64,000 bases of DNA from Cyanobacteria bacterium P01_A01_bin.123 (GTDB lineage: Bacteria; Cyanobacteriota; Cyanobacteriia; Phormidesmidales; Phormidesmidaceae). The stretch covers positions 1 to 64,000 of the forward strand of contig JBCBZT010000007.1 of the NCBI GenBank assembly GCA_039815185.1, read 5' to 3'. The position numbers were made by a program, and so were the translations under genes. Shown here piece after piece: positions 30,658-42,012 of the stretch (position 1 is its first letter; each line of letters starts with the position of its first letter). The notes under the pieces are model-generated. The model saw only the letters and a program-made list of their open reading frames with translations. It was not told the origin of the DNA and searched no databases.

Positions 30658-33276
30658 TTAAGTCGTCACTAACTCAGGCGGCAAGCGCTTAAACGATAGG
30701 CGCTCATTCTCTACATCAACAAAAATCATGTCACCTTCAGTGAACTCACCGCGCAGAATGTGCTTAGCAATCGCAGTTTCTAATTCCCGCTGAATCGCGC
30801 GCTTCAATGGCCGTGCCCCATAAACTGGGTCGTAACCCACCTCAGCAATGAAGTCCACTGCCGCATCGGAAAGCCGTAGGGACATCTTGCGATCGTCTAA
30901 TCGCTGTTCTAGACGCTTTACCTGGAGCTTCACAATTTCACCCAGTTGATCTTTCCGCAGCGCATGGAAGATGATCATCTCATCGACTCGGTTGAGAAAC
31001 TCGGGGCGGAAATTAGACCGCATGGCGTCTAACACACGCGATCGCATTTCGTCGTATTGTGAGTCATCTCCGGCCACATCCAAGATGTACTGGGAGCCGA
31101 TGTTGCTGGTCATAATGATGATGGAATTTTTGAAGTCCACTGTATGCCCTTGGGCATCAGTGACGCGGCCATCATCGAGCACCTGCAGCAACACATTAAA
31201 CACGTCCGGGTGGGCCTTTTCGATTTCGTCGAATAAGATCACCGCAAACGGGCGGCGACGGATGGCCTCCGTCAGTTGGCCCCCCTCGTCGTAACCCACA
31301 TATCCAGGGGGAGCACCAATCAGGCGAGATACGGAATGTTTTTCCATGTATTCCGACATATCGATGCGCACCATGGCATCTGAGGTGTCAAATAGATAAG
31401 CAGCAAGGGCTTTAGCCAGTTCTGTCTTACCCACACCCGTGGGACCTAAAAAGATAAAGCTGGCAGTGGGCCGATTAGGATCGGCAAGTCCGGCCCGCGA
31501 TCGCTGAATAGAATCAGCCACCGCTGTCACCGCTTCATCTTGGCCGATGACCCGACGATGGAGTTCATCTTCAAGCTGCAGCAGCTTTTGCATTTCCGAC
31601 TGCACCAGCTTGCTAACCGGAATTCCGGTCCACTTAGAAATAATTTCAGCGATGTCTTCTTCCATAACCTCTTCCCGCAGCAGGGTTTTGCCGCTGGTTT
31701 GGGTTTCTAGCAGTTGGGCTTCTGATTTTTCTAGGGATCGTTGTAGGTCAGTCAGCTTGCCATATTTCAATTCGGCTGCGCGGTTGAGGTCATAGTCTCG
31801 CTCGGCCTGCTGAATTTCGATATTGACCCGGTCGATTTCTTCTTTAGTGGACTGAATGTGGTCGATGATGTCTTTCTCAGACTGCCACTGGGCATTGAGT
31901 CCCCGCTGGTCTTCTTTAAGATCCGCTAATTCTTTTTCCAGGCGTCCCAGCCGATCTAGAGAACCCGTATCGGTTTCCTTTTGCAGTGAGAGTTTTTCCA
32001 TTTCCAACTGCAAGATCTTGCGATCGACTTCGTCTAATTCTTCCGGTTTGGAAGTGATTTCCATCTTTAACTTGGCGGCGGATTCATCCACCAAGTCGAT
32101 GGCTTTGTCAGGCAAAAAGCGATCGCTAATGTAGCGCGTTGACAGCGTTGCTGCTGCTACCAGGGCACTGTCGGAGATTTTTACCCCGTGATGCACTTCG
32201 TAACGCTCTTTGAGCCCCCGTAAGATGGAAATGGTGTCTTCGACTGTCGGCTGATCCACATACACCTGCTGGAAGCGCCGTTCTAATGCAGCATCTTTTT
32301 CGATGTACTTACGGTACTCGTCTAAGGTGGTGGCCCCAATGCAGCGCAGTTCACCCCTTGCCAGCATGGGTTTGAGCAGGTTACCCGCGTCCATTGCGCC
32401 CTGGGTTGCCCCTGCACCGACAACGGTGTGAATTTCGTCGATAAACAGAATGATTTGGCCTTTAGAGTCGGTGACTTCCTTCAGCACGGCTTTGAGGCGT
32501 TCTTCAAATTCACCGCGATACTTCGCACCGGCGATCAGGGCTCCCATGTCGAGGGCAATCAGCTTGCGGTCTTTGAGTGATTGGGGCACATCGCCGCTGA
32601 CGATACGTTGGGCTAACCCTTCTGCGATCGCGGTTTTACCCACCCCCGGTTCCCCAATCAGCACAGGGTTATTTTTGGTCCGGCGAGACAAAATTTGGAT
32701 GGTCCGGCGGATTTCGTCATCGCGCCCAATCACGGGATCAAGCTTGCCTTCTTTGGCAAACTGGGTCAAATCCCGTCCATACTTTTCTAAAGACTCGTAT
32801 TTGCCTTCGGGGTTTTTATCCGTCACCTTTTGATTGCCTCGAATCTCTTGAATAGCGTCCCTTAATTTAGTTTCGGTGAGATTGAACGCCTGAAACAAGG
32901 TTTTGCCAAAGCGATCATCGTTGACATAGGCCAAAATCAGATGCTCGATGGAAATATAATCGTCTTCGTATTCCTTGCGAAGCGCGTCCGCCCGATCGAG
33001 CAAGGTATCAAGGGAACGACCTAAATAAACTGAGGTACCGCTACCTGAGACCTGGGGCTTTGACTGGATAAATGCCTCGGTTTTTTCTCGAAGCTGACTG
33101 ATGTTAATTTCTAGCTTATTAAAAATACTGACTGCCAAGCCTTCTTGTTCGAGTAGCGCCGTCATCAGGTGCTCACTTTCGATTTGTTGCTGCTGGGCTT
33201 GCTTGGCAATTTCAGGAGTACGCGCGACCGCACTCCAGGCTTTGTCTGTAAATTGGTTGGGATTAGTGGGTTGCAT
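30658..33276 (-). CDS. clpB: ATP-dependent chaperone ClpB
   Basis: [10 protein letters not shown]; two AAA modules ([16 protein letters not shown]), middle coiled coil, YGARPLKR. Confidence 0.99.
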   Translation of the reverse strand: MQPTNPNQFTDKAWSAVARTPEIAKQAQQQQIESEHLMTALLEQEGLAVSIFNKLEINISQLREKTEAFIQSKPQVSGSGTSVYLGRSLDTLLDRADALRKEYEDDYISIEHLILAYVNDDRFGKTLFQAFNLTETKLRDAIQEIRGNQKVTDKNPEGKYESLEKYGRDLTQFAKEGKLDPVIGRDDEIRRTIQILSRRTKNNPVLIGEPGVGKTAIAEGLAQRIVSGDVPQSLKDRKLIALDMGALIAGAKYRGEFEERLKAVLKEVTDSKGQIILFIDEIHTVVGAGATQGAMDAGNLLKPMLARGELRCIGATTLDEYRKYIEKDAALERRFQQVYVDQPTVEDTISILRGLKERYEVHHGVKISDSALVAAATLSTRYISDRFLPDKAIDLVDESAAKLKMEITSKPEELDEVDRKILQLEMEKLSLQKETDTGSLDRLGRLEKELADLKEDQRGLNAQWQSEKDIIDHIQSTKEEIDRVNIEIQQAERDYDLNRAAELKYGKLTDLQRSLEKSEAQLLETQTSGKTLLREEVMEEDIAEIISKWTGIPVSKLVQSEMQKLLQLEDELHRRVIGQDEAVTAVADSIQRSRAGLADPNRPTASFIFLGPTGVGKTELAKALAAYLFDTSDAMVRIDMSEYMEKHSVSRLIGAPPGYVGYDEGGQLTEAIRRRPFAVILFDEIEKAHPDVFNVLLQVLDDGRVTDAQGHTVDFKNSIIIMTSNIGSQYILDVAGDDSQYDEMRSRVLDAMRSNFRPEFLNRVDEMIIFHALRKDQLGEIVKLQVKRLEQRLDDRKMSLRLSDAAVDFIAEVGYDPVYGARPLKRAIQRELETAIAKHILRGEFTEGDMIFVDVENERLSFKRLPPELVTT

Positions 33277-33412
33277 CGATTAAGCTGCCCCTCATGACTA
33301 GCTCATTTTTTCGTTATGACTGCATTGTAAGGAGCTAGAAGCTTAGAGTGAGATCGGTGTTTACGATTATTCGAGGCGGTTTGCCGCCGCAGTCCGGTTG
33401 TATGCGAATGCG

Positions 33413-34837
33413 CTAATTGAACTCTTCATCGTCGCCAAAGATATCGTCAAAGTCATCTTCGATGAGTTCTGCTGTGGCGATCGCATCTTTTTTACCCGCC
33501 TGATTCTCAGAGGATTGAGCTACTGCTTCTGGTCTGGGAATAGACGGCGAACGGGGTGGAATTTTGATCACGGGCTTAGACGGTTTGGGCTTGCGCGTTG
33601 AGGTTGCCCACTCTTGCACCCAGTCTTTGAGAATGACCGCGCTTTGCCACAGGGAGGGTTTGGGCCGGGTCGGTTTGTCAGGCTGATCTGATCCTGAAGC
33701 GGGACTAGGAGGATTCTGGTAAGTTCTTCGGGAAAGTCTCTGAGCGGTTTCTGATTTGGGTGGGACGGCCTGAGAGTGCGGCGGTGATTGGGGAGGTTCA
33801 GATTCAAGCGTTATTTCAGAGAGATTGTCTGTAGTTTGAACCGCTGCATTAGGAGCGATCGCGTTTTTGGATGCGGTGTCGAGATCATCCTCAGGCCAGT
33901 TGGATTCCTCCGGTTCTAGGGGGGACGGTTGGGGCCGCACCTCTTCTTTTGCCGTGATCGCAGCCTGCTCTAAATTGGGTTCATCGCTTAAGTTCGCTGT
34001 AGAACTAGTGTCATCCTGATCATGGGTAGGCGTCCCGTTGTGCCCTAGTTCTGTTAGATTTTCAGGGGCGGGTACTGCTATCGTGGCTGGTGTCGGCTCG
34101 TTTTTGGGCTGTTCCGCTATCTCAACGGGTTCACCGTCAGCAGTTTTGATCACAGATGCTATATCGACGGTGTTTGCAGCCGCTTGAATCGCTTTTTCTT
34201 GCCCATTGCCAGGGGGCATATCTGCATTGCTCGGCGATAGTTCAGGTTGGGGGATAGGAACTTCTATGGCAATCTCAATGGTTTCTGCGGGTAGGACAGC
34301 TTCACCCGGAAGGTCTTCTAGATACTCATACTGGTAGCGAAAGCGCAGTTTAGCCGTAGTGGGGCGCGGCTTATGCCGATCAATTTTGACGGTGGGCGCA
34401 ACCTTGGGTGTCATTGACACTGGCTTGGTCACCTCAGTGGCCAGCTTGCGACTGCGATTGCCCAATGCTTTCACCTGAGCTAGTCCCGGCAAATCGGTGA
34501 CTGCGTCTACGGTGCTACTGGCAAGTTCGCCCATGGCGGGCAAAATATCATCATCGGCAATGGGGGTACGCAGATTTTCTGGGGTGCGCGATCGTCGCAG
34601 CGACAGCATTTGCCACTCCAAAGATAGCAGCAGGGCCACACTCGCCGTTTGCCCCAGTAGCACCGCTCCAGTCATGCGCCCAGCACAAAACCACAACACC
34701 AGAGCATAGAACATACCAACTCCGCTCCAGGCAAAGTCCTGTCTGCGGTGTACCTCCGGAAAAAAAAACGCTGCCATGTACAGCCCAAAGCTGCCAAACC
34801 CCACAGCTAATGCCAATAGATTGGCCAACATGCTCAA
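33413..34837 (-). CDS. Ycf66 family protein with long acidic/Pro-rich tail
   Basis: LYMAAFFFPEVHRRQDFAWSGVGMFYALVLW...GAVLLGQ. Confidence 0.85.
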   Translation of the reverse strand: MSMLANLLALAVGFGSFGLYMAAFFFPEVHRRQDFAWSGVGMFYALVLWFCAGRMTGAVLLGQTASVALLLSLEWQMLSLRRSRTPENLRTPIADDDILPAMGELASSTVDAVTDLPGLAQVKALGNRSRKLATEVTKPVSMTPKVAPTVKIDRHKPRPTTAKLRFRYQYEYLEDLPGEAVLPAETIEIAIEVPIPQPELSPSNADMPPGNGQEKAIQAAANTVDIASVIKTADGEPVEIAEQPKNEPTPATIAVPAPENLTELGHNGTPTHDQDDTSSTANLSDEPNLEQAAITAKEEVRPQPSPLEPEESNWPEDDLDTASKNAIAPNAAVQTTDNLSEITLESEPPQSPPHSQAVPPKSETAQRLSRRTYQNPPSPASGSDQPDKPTRPKPSLWQSAVILKDWVQEWATSTRKPKPSKPVIKIPPRSPSIPRPEAVAQSSENQAGKKDAIATAELIEDDFDDIFGDDEEFN

Positions 34838-34898
34838 ATGATTTGCCCTATTCAGTCGCTCTTCCTAGGGTATAACGGTTGGCAATGGATTAGAGAGA

Positions 34899-35903
34899 TT
34901 AAGATGCGCCTGATCGTTTACTAAAGAGCACGAGCACCGTTTTGACAATCAATTTGATGTCGTATAGCAGGCTCCAGTTTTCCTGATATCGTAAATCGAG
35001 GCGAATGACGTCTTCAAATTTTTTGATTGTGGAGCGGCCATGGACTTGCCATTCTCCTGTCATACCGGGTTTGACATTTAGGCGCTGCCACTCTGGGACT
35101 TCATATTGTTCAATTTCGTCAGGGGTAGGGGGCCGGGTGCCGACTAAGCTCATCTCGCCCTTGAGCACGTTCCAGAACTGGGGAAACTCATCAAGGCTAG
35201 TTTTGCGGAGCAATCGGCCAATGGGCGTAATCCGAGGATCATTCTCGTTTTTAAATAGCGGGCCATCCACCTGGTTTTGCACTTGTTGCTTCAAGGCTTC
35301 GGCATTCACGACCATGGAGCGAAATTTCCAAATCTTAAAGCGGCGTCCCATCCAAGAGCAGCGGGTTTGACCAAACAATACCGGGCCGCCGTCGTGCAGC
35401 TTAATCGCGATCGCGATGGGAATAGCGATAACTGCCGTAATCACTAATCCAACTAGTGCGCCGATTATATCCAGTAAGCGTTTCAATTTTGAGTCAACAG
35501 ATGGGTGAGTGGCCTGAGGTAAGGTTGGTTTGGGCTGCTTGGTTGATTCAGGTTCAGCTTGATCTGGGGCAGATACTTCGAGGGTGAAGATCTGGTCTAG
35601 ATCCGTCATCTTCAGCGCCATCATGACCTGGGGTGGCACATCTCTCAAAATGAGCTGACTACCGTGGGAGTCACAAAGCTTGCGGCAGATGACCAAAGCA
35701 CCAATGCCGCTGCTGTCAATAAAAGCTGTGTGAGAAAAGTCTAAAACGATCCGGGCAATCTCCGGAAAGTCTTGGTGTAACGTCTGACAGGTCTGCTTAA
35801 ACTCAACTGCTTCAAGTACCGTAAATGAAGCTGGGAGCGTTATCTGACAGACCTGATCGCAGACTAGAGGGCTGTAATCTACAGAACCAGAAGTATCAAC
35901 CAT
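34899..35903 (-). CDS. STAS (anti-sigma antagonist) fused to a priming sugar transferase
   Basis: FIDSSGIGAL; KRLLDIIGA, KFRSM, DPRITPIG, LDEFPQFWNVLKGEMSLVGTRP. Confidence 0.93.
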   Translation of the reverse strand: MVDTSGSVDYSPLVCDQVCQITLPASFTVLEAVEFKQTCQTLHQDFPEIARIVLDFSHTAFIDSSGIGALVICRKLCDSHGSQLILRDVPPQVMMALKMTDLDQIFTLEVSAPDQAEPESTKQPKPTLPQATHPSVDSKLKRLLDIIGALVGLVITAVIAIPIAIAIKLHDGGPVLFGQTRCSWMGRRFKIWKFRSMVVNAEALKQQVQNQVDGPLFKNENDPRITPIGRLLRKTSLDEFPQFWNVLKGEMSLVGTRPPTPDEIEQYEVPEWQRLNVKPGMTGEWQVHGRSTIKKFEDVIRLDLRYQENWSLLYDIKLIVKTVLVLFSKRSGAS

Positions 35904-36233
35904 AACTTTATTACTGCAACTGCCACCAAAGAACGCTGGGAAAGCCCATGTCTCTATAATTCCCTACTACACCCGAAGTTGGCCATAACAGACTGCTTTA
36001 TGCAATCAATAAGGTTATTGTCAATGGGTTACGGCTGTTTAAGCATTGACTGCCAAACCTTAGGCATGTTTTCGGGTCTAAACCCTATCCGACTTGAAAC
36101 CTTGAGTTTGAGTTTAGGGCAAACTGTGAATTTGCCTACAGCCAAGGTTTGTATCAAGTTTAAAGAAAGCCTAGCTCACAACTTTGCGAACTAGGCTTTT
36201 GATCTGAGTATGGCAGCACGAGCGCTGTCCCAA

Positions 36234-37847
36234 TTATTCGAGAATTGTGTCAACTGAGGTTGAACTGGTTGCTGTGAGTTGAGGCGCAGATAAGATGCGG
36301 GAGTAAAGCGGTCCAGTTTCTCGAGCCATCAGCGGCAGTGTTCCTTGCACTTGATCGGCCACTTGAACCGTTTTCACGTCATAGGTTTCCGTGGCTAGAC
36401 GAGGATAAACACCAATGGCAATGATGGGAACCAGTAAACACATGGCAATGAAACTTTCCCGAGGCTTAATGTCTGAGAAACTCGCCATTGCGTCAGACAG
36501 CTTCTCGCTGGGATTGCCGTAGAAAATGCGACGCAGCATCGACAGCAAGTAAATGGGTGAAAGAATCACACCAATGGCTGCCAGCACAATGATTGCAACC
36601 TTGAAAAACTCGCTGTAAGCATCACTCGTAGCAAAGCCTAAGAAGATAGACAGCTCACCTACGAAACCGCTCATACCGGGTAAAGCAAGGGATGCCATTG
36701 AGCCAGCTGTAAAGAGCGCAAACTCTACAGGCATCGCTTTAGCCATTCCCCCCATCTGATCCATGGCTAAGGTATGAGTCCGCTCATAAGTCACCCCAGA
36801 TAAGAAGAAGAGGACAGCGGCGATCAACCCATGGGAGATCATTTGCAGCAATGCACCGCTGATACCTAAAGTGGTGAATGCAGATAGCCCAAGTAGGACA
36901 AAGCCCATGTGTGCTACAGAAGAGTAGGCCATGCGGCGCTTGAGATTATCCTGGCCAAAGGCAGTCAGCGAAGCGTAAATAATGTTGATAATGCCCAGCA
37001 CTGCCAAAACAGGTGCAAAGTAGACGTGAGCATCGGGCAGCATTTCCAAATTCATTCGGATCAAACCATACCCGGCCATTTTCAGCAGAACTCCAGCCAA
37101 AATCATCGACACGGGAGCAGGCGCTTCGCTGTGAGCGTCAGGTAGCCAAGTATGGAAGGGGAAAATCGGTAGCTTTACGCCAAAGGCAATTAAGAAACCG
37201 ATATAAGCCAGCACCTGGAACGTTAAAGAGTAATCCTTCATGCCCAGTTCGGCCATGCTGAAGGTGATGTTATCGCCGTAGAAAGCCATGGCTAAGCCAG
37301 CGATCAAAATGAAGACTGACCCAACAGCGGTATAGAGGATGAACTTAGTTGCGGCGTAGAGACGCTTCTGACCGCCCCAGATTGAAATTAATAAATAGAC
37401 CGGTACAAGCTCAAGCTCCCACATGAGGAAGAACATCAGCAGGTCTTGGGCTAGGAAAACACCCACTTGGGCGCTGTACATCAGCAACAGCAGCGCGAAG
37501 TAGAGCTTAGACTTTTCGGTGACGTTCCACGAGGCTAAAATTGCCAGCGTCGTGACCAGCCCTGAGAGGACGACTAAAGGCATGGAGAGGCCATCAGCAG
37601 CGACTGACCAGTTGAAGCCAATCTGTGGAACCCAGCTGTAACTTTCAATAAGCTGTAACCCTGAAATTTGGGGATCGTAATGCTTCCCAAAAGTAAAGAG
37701 AATCAGCGCAAACTCTAATAAGCCCACACCAAGGGCGTACCAACGAACTGTCTTACCCTGCGAGTTAGGCAATGCCGGGATCAATAGGGCAGCCAAGGCG
37801 GGGAAGAAAATTAAAGCAGTCAACCACGGAAGTTGTTCACTAACCAT
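36234..37847 (-). CDS. ndhD: NDH-1 subunit 4 (NdhD, probably D2-type)
   Basis: [46 protein letters not shown]; adjacent to thrB. Confidence 0.95.
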   Translation of the reverse strand: MVSEQLPWLTALIFFPALAALLIPALPNSQGKTVRWYALGVGLLEFALILFTFGKHYDPQISGLQLIESYSWVPQIGFNWSVAADGLSMPLVVLSGLVTTLAILASWNVTEKSKLYFALLLLMYSAQVGVFLAQDLLMFFLMWELELVPVYLLISIWGGQKRLYAATKFILYTAVGSVFILIAGLAMAFYGDNITFSMAELGMKDYSLTFQVLAYIGFLIAFGVKLPIFPFHTWLPDAHSEAPAPVSMILAGVLLKMAGYGLIRMNLEMLPDAHVYFAPVLAVLGIINIIYASLTAFGQDNLKRRMAYSSVAHMGFVLLGLSAFTTLGISGALLQMISHGLIAAVLFFLSGVTYERTHTLAMDQMGGMAKAMPVEFALFTAGSMASLALPGMSGFVGELSIFLGFATSDAYSEFFKVAIIVLAAIGVILSPIYLLSMLRRIFYGNPSEKLSDAMASFSDIKPRESFIAMCLLVPIIAIGVYPRLATETYDVKTVQVADQVQGTLPLMARETGPLYSRILSAPQLTATSSTSVDTILE

Positions 37848-37854
37848 CACAATT

Positions 37855-38045
37855 TACGTGAATTCAACAGAACAGCAGCGCATCTCGAATACGGCCCGCT
37901 TGGAGCAGGACTCTAGCTTTAGGCGACTTGAGTGCTAAGAAATCGTTATCCATCGTGCGGTGGATATTACCTGGTTTCGCAGCGGCCTCACGTATGGATA
38001 AGGTCGGAGGAATCCAGCACTCAGCGCTTAAGCCCCGTAGAGCAT
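37855..38045. ncRNA. Candidate structured RNA in the ndhD upstream region
   Basis: Nested complementarities CTCTA/TAGAG, TGAGTGCT/AGCACTCA, TTATCCAT/ATGGATAA, CGTG/CACG; alternative hairpin TATCCATC/GGTGGATA; TACGTGA/TCACGTA. Confidence 0.45.
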
Positions 38046-38248
38046 TTGACTAGGTAAGCCAACCGTTGGAGACATCAATGAGGATTTATACCTACTAATT
38101 TGATGCGCCCGTTTTAGTATATAAAACTTAATCAACATTTGATAAGGTAAAAACGCCTAAAATCCGTCTGATTTTCAAGAAAATCAAGACATAGTAAAGT
38201 TTTCAGGATTTTTCTGTTTAAGAATCAATAAAAATAATCACTTTTATT

Positions 38249-38266
38249 GATGTAAATCTATGTAAA
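38249..38266 (-). promoter_or_regulatory. HLR1-like (RpaB) direct repeat upstream of ndhD
   Basis: Minus strand TTTACATA-GA-TTTACATC versus consensus (G/T)TTACA(T/A)(T/A)-N2-(G/T)TTACA(T/A)(T/A). Confidence 0.6.
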
Positions 38267-38268
38267 GT

Positions 38269-39252
38269 TTAATTGGGTTCAATTAACGCGCCGTCAAAGT
38301 CTAGGGAAAGGATCTGGGTATCAACTTTAAATTTTGGGTTTTGCCATGCCTGTAACATTTCGTTACAGATCGATGTAGCGATTGCTTCCTTGGTGATGGC
38401 TAACAAAGTGGGGCCGGCACCGCTGATCACCAGTCCGCATGCGCCTGCTGCTTGGCTTGCTTGCTGCACTGTTTCAAACCCTGGAATTAAAGTCTGACGG
38501 TAGGGCTGATGGATGCGATCGCGGAGAGCGGCTTTTAACCACTGTTCGTTTCCCGTCTCTAGTCCCCGGAGTAGCATTCCCAGATGAGCCATGTTAAAGA
38601 TGGCATCGGCTTTGGTGTAGTGAGTGGGTAAGACTTTTCGGGCTGCGACAGTCGACAGTTCAAAATCAGGAACAGCAACGATCGCTTTGATGGAGTCATG
38701 CCAGGGGACATCACAGATTACCCAGCGATTATCTGCGTCTTGAGCCGCCAGGTGACAACCGCCGAGTATTGCCGGAACAACGTTATCGGGATGGCCTTCA
38801 ATCGCGATCGCGAGGTTGGTAATTTCTTCTGAAGTTAGAGGATAATCTGCGATCGCGTTTGCGCCCAATAATCCCCCCACAATTGCAGTGGATGAACTGC
38901 CAAGACCTCGCGCTAGCGGCACATCGAGTTCTATCTCTATGCAAACGGCAGGGGGCGCCTGTTGTTGCTTCTGGTAAAAGATGTCAAAAGCCTGATATGC
39001 CAGGTTATCGGGTTCGGTACTGACCCGATCGGCATCTTTGCCAGAAATGAGAATCTCAAGGGTGCCGGGTGCTGCGTCTAGAGCGGTGAAGCGGAAGCGA
39101 TTGTAAAGGGTGAGCGCAGCCCCGAGGCAGTCAAAGCCGGGGCCGATGTTTGCGGTGGTAGCGGGTACCGTAACCAAAAAAGAGTCGGGCACAGCGGTCT
39201 CAACCAATGCGTCAAAATGGACAAAGGACAGCACTGATATGATTGCTGTCAA
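38269..39252 (-). CDS. thrB: Homoserine kinase (true start probably a little downstream)
   Basis: VPATTANIGPGFDCLG, PLARGLGSSS, EGHPDN, ISGAGPT. Confidence 0.97.
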   Translation of the reverse strand: MTAIISVLSFVHFDALVETAVPDSFLVTVPATTANIGPGFDCLGAALTLYNRFRFTALDAAPGTLEILISGKDADRVSTEPDNLAYQAFDIFYQKQQQAPPAVCIEIELDVPLARGLGSSSTAIVGGLLGANAIADYPLTSEEITNLAIAIEGHPDNVVPAILGGCHLAAQDADNRWVICDVPWHDSIKAIVAVPDFELSTVAARKVLPTHYTKADAIFNMAHLGMLLRGLETGNEQWLKAALRDRIHQPYRQTLIPGFETVQQASQAAGACGLVISGAGPTLLAITKEAIATSICNEMLQAWQNPKFKVDTQILSLDFDGALIEPN

Positions 39253-39301
39253 GGGATTATGCTATCAGGTTGCTGACTACGCATAGTGGAGAGAGAAGGA
39301 A

Positions 39302-39817
39302 ATGTCGCGATCGCTTAATGGTTTTAAGACGCTGGGTATATCAGTACTGTATGCGGGGAGTGCAGTCGGGGGAATAGCGTTCTCGACGTTGACGACCACA
39401 GCTGCAACGGCGATCATGACCGGACCTGCCAATCCAGTGACTGGACTTCATGCCTCCAATAGCACAGCTTTGGGGCAGGTCAATACCGACCCGACCCCAC
39501 CTTTCCCCGATGTGCCCCTTGATCAATGGGGATATACCGCTGTGGAGCGACTTGCGGAAAACTATGGTTGCATCGTCGGCTATCCGGACGGCACCTTTCG
39601 CGGTGATGAACCATTGACGCGTTATGAATTTGCTGCCGCAATGGCTGCCTGCTTGGACGCGTCTCTTGAGAATACAAGACCCCCAGTTTCAGAAGTGCAG
39701 GAAATTCAACAAGATTTGCAGCGTCAATTGGACTGTCTCACAGGGGATGTCGATCGCTTGGAGGGTAATCCGACCGATGCCTCAACTCCCAATGCTGAAA
39801 GCTGTGCTGAGTTTTGA
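39302..39817 (+). CDS. Small exported SLH-domain protein (porin-type SLH, no beta-barrel)
   Basis: FPDVPLDQWGYTAVERLAENYGCIVGYPDGTFRGDEPLTRYEFAA followed by a short coiled coil. Confidence 0.8.
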   Translation: MSRSLNGFKTLGISVLYAGSAVGGIAFSTLTTTAATAIMTGPANPVTGLHASNSTALGQVNTDPTPPFPDVPLDQWGYTAVERLAENYGCIVGYPDGTFRGDEPLTRYEFAAAMAACLDASLENTRPPVSEVQEIQQDLQRQLDCLTGDVDRLEGNPTDASTPNAESCAEF

Positions 39818-39856
39818 GATGATTTCTTAGATAGTGCTTGCTTGGCCGACGGTGGT

Positions 39857-41662
39857 TTAAAAATGGCTGCGATCGCGGATTGCAGCCACCATGCGATCGC
39901 AGACTTCATCCACCGATAAACTACCCAGGTCGCCTTCGGCGCGGGTGCGAATGCTCAGGGTGTTAGCCTCTAGTTCTTTTGCCCCCACTACTGCCATCAC
40001 GGGGATTTTGGCTTTTTCGGCATTGCGGATCATTTTGCCCAAGCGATCGCCGCTGGTATCGAACTCGGCTCGTACCCCGTGATTATGTAGCCGATCAATC
40101 ACTTGTTGGACAAAGCCCACTTGTTCCTCGGTGACAGGGAGCAATCTCGCCTGCACGGGAGCCATCCAAAACGGAAAATCTCCAGCGTATTCTTCGATCA
40201 AAATGCCGATTAATCTCTCTAGAGAACCAAAGGGAGCCCGGTGGATCATCACCGGACGTTGACGGGATCCATCTTCAGAGACATACTCCAATTCAAACCG
40301 CTCGGGCAGATTGTAATCAACCTGTACTGTACCCAGCTGCCATTCGCGACCCAGAGCATCGGTAAAAATGAAGTCGAGCTTTGGTCCATAGAAAGCCGCT
40401 TCACCGACCCCTTCAAAGTGATTCATGCCCAGAGTTTCAACGGCGCGGCGAATGGCATTTTGAGATTTTTCCCAGACATCGTCAGAGCCAATATATTTGT
40501 CAGAGGCCGGATCGCGGAAACTTAAGCGAGCTTTAAAGTCTTTGAGCTGGAGGCTCTTAAACACGGCCAAAGTCAGATCGACCACTTTGAGAAATTCATC
40601 ATCCAGTTGGTTCGGGGTGACAAACAGGTGGGCATCATCCACGGTAAAGCCGCGAACGCGGGTCAGACCGCCCAGTTCACCCGATTGTTCATAGCGGTAT
40701 ACGGTACCAAATTCTGCGAGTCGCATTGGCAACTCTTTATAGGAGCGCAGCTCGTTTTTATAAATCTGAATGTGGAAGGGGCAGTTCATCGGCTTCATCA
40801 CAAAGCCTTGCTCATTGGTACGATCGGCGTCATCTTCCGCCATCATCGGGAACATATCTTCTTGATATTTTTGCCAGTGCCCAGACGTCTTGAACAAATC
40901 GATCCGACCAATATGGGGCGTAATCACAGGCAAATAGCCCCGCTTGACTTGTTCTTGTTCGAGAAAGTCTTGGAGGGTAGAGCGCAAAACAGTGCCCTTT
41001 GGTGTCCACAAAGGCAGGCCCGGCCCGACATCGTCAGCAAACAAAAATAGCCCCAGTTCTTTACCCAACTTGCGGTGGTCTCGGCGTTTTGCCTCTTCCT
41101 GCCGCCGTTTGTATTCCTGGAGCTGTTCAGGGGTTTCCCAAGCGGTGCCGTAGATCCGCTGGAGTTGGGCTTGAGTTGCGTCACCCCGCCAGTAGGCTCC
41201 GGCTACGCTTTCGAGATCAAAAGCTTTTGGGTTGAGATCTTTAGTGGTTTCTACGTGGGGGCCAGCACACAGATCCCACCACTGATCGCCCAAGTGATAT
41301 AGGGTAATGGGATCTTCTAGGCCTGCCAAAATCTCAAGTTTGTAAGGCTCTCCTAAGGCTTCGATACGTTTTTGAGCTTCCTCACGGGTCACTTCTTCTT
41401 GAACGACAGGCAAACCCTTTTTGACGATTTTGATCATTTCTTTTTTGATCGCCTTCAAATCCGCCTCAGTAAAGGGATCGGGACTGTCGAAATCGTAATA
41501 AAAGCCATAATCGATCCAGGGGCCAATCGTCACCTGAGCCTTCGGAAATAAATTTTGCACCGCCATCGCCATGACGTGAGAAAAGGTGTGGCGAATTCGT
41601 TTGAGATGCTCTGATTCGTCGGTACGGGGGAGATAAATTTTCTCTGACTCAGGGTGCGACAT
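39857..41662 (-). CDS. thrS: Threonine--tRNA ligase
   Basis: DLCAGPHV, RDHRKLG, KPMNCPFH, GLTRVRGFT, AAFYGPKLD, HRAPFGSLER. Confidence 0.99.
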   Translation of the reverse strand: MSHPESEKIYLPRTDESEHLKRIRHTFSHVMAMAVQNLFPKAQVTIGPWIDYGFYYDFDSPDPFTEADLKAIKKEMIKIVKKGLPVVQEEVTREEAQKRIEALGEPYKLEILAGLEDPITLYHLGDQWWDLCAGPHVETTKDLNPKAFDLESVAGAYWRGDATQAQLQRIYGTAWETPEQLQEYKRRQEEAKRRDHRKLGKELGLFLFADDVGPGLPLWTPKGTVLRSTLQDFLEQEQVKRGYLPVITPHIGRIDLFKTSGHWQKYQEDMFPMMAEDDADRTNEQGFVMKPMNCPFHIQIYKNELRSYKELPMRLAEFGTVYRYEQSGELGGLTRVRGFTVDDAHLFVTPNQLDDEFLKVVDLTLAVFKSLQLKDFKARLSFRDPASDKYIGSDDVWEKSQNAIRRAVETLGMNHFEGVGEAAFYGPKLDFIFTDALGREWQLGTVQVDYNLPERFELEYVSEDGSRQRPVMIHRAPFGSLERLIGILIEEYAGDFPFWMAPVQARLLPVTEEQVGFVQQVIDRLHNHGVRAEFDTSGDRLGKMIRNAEKAKIPVMAVVGAKELEANTLSIRTRAEGDLGSLSVDEVCDRMVAAIRDRSHF

Positions 41663-42012
41663 TGTGTTGTCCAGCTATGCTTAGCAGTCTTTGTTAAGTC
41701 TAAAACTTTAAGCTGAAAACGAGTGAGTTGATTGGAATGAGGTCGCAAAAGAGTCCATAGCGTGAGCCAGGAAAGGAGATCAGAATGCGATCGAGGGGAT
41801 CCGCATAGGAGATTAATCCTACTGCTGCTCAACGGTAGACGCTACTCTCCATCCCTTTATTTCCCATCTCCGTGTCAAAGCATGAACTCCTCCTACTGCT
41901 CTTCTCCCTCGCATCCATGAGCCTTTGAGCCTATTTAGCGCTAAGCTAAGTATATATCGCTAGGCAGATATACGCAGTTCCCGTTTCACCCTGTTATTGA
42001 CTGAGAAATTCT

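Noticed and set aside
30971..32833. Several + strand ORFs within clpB (and similar ones within pyk, thrS, trpB, hisS)
   Set aside because: Antisense or alternate-frame shadows of well-supported genes.
41663..42012. T-box riboswitch upstream of thrS
   Set aside because: No T-box consensus or terminator/antiterminator pair found.
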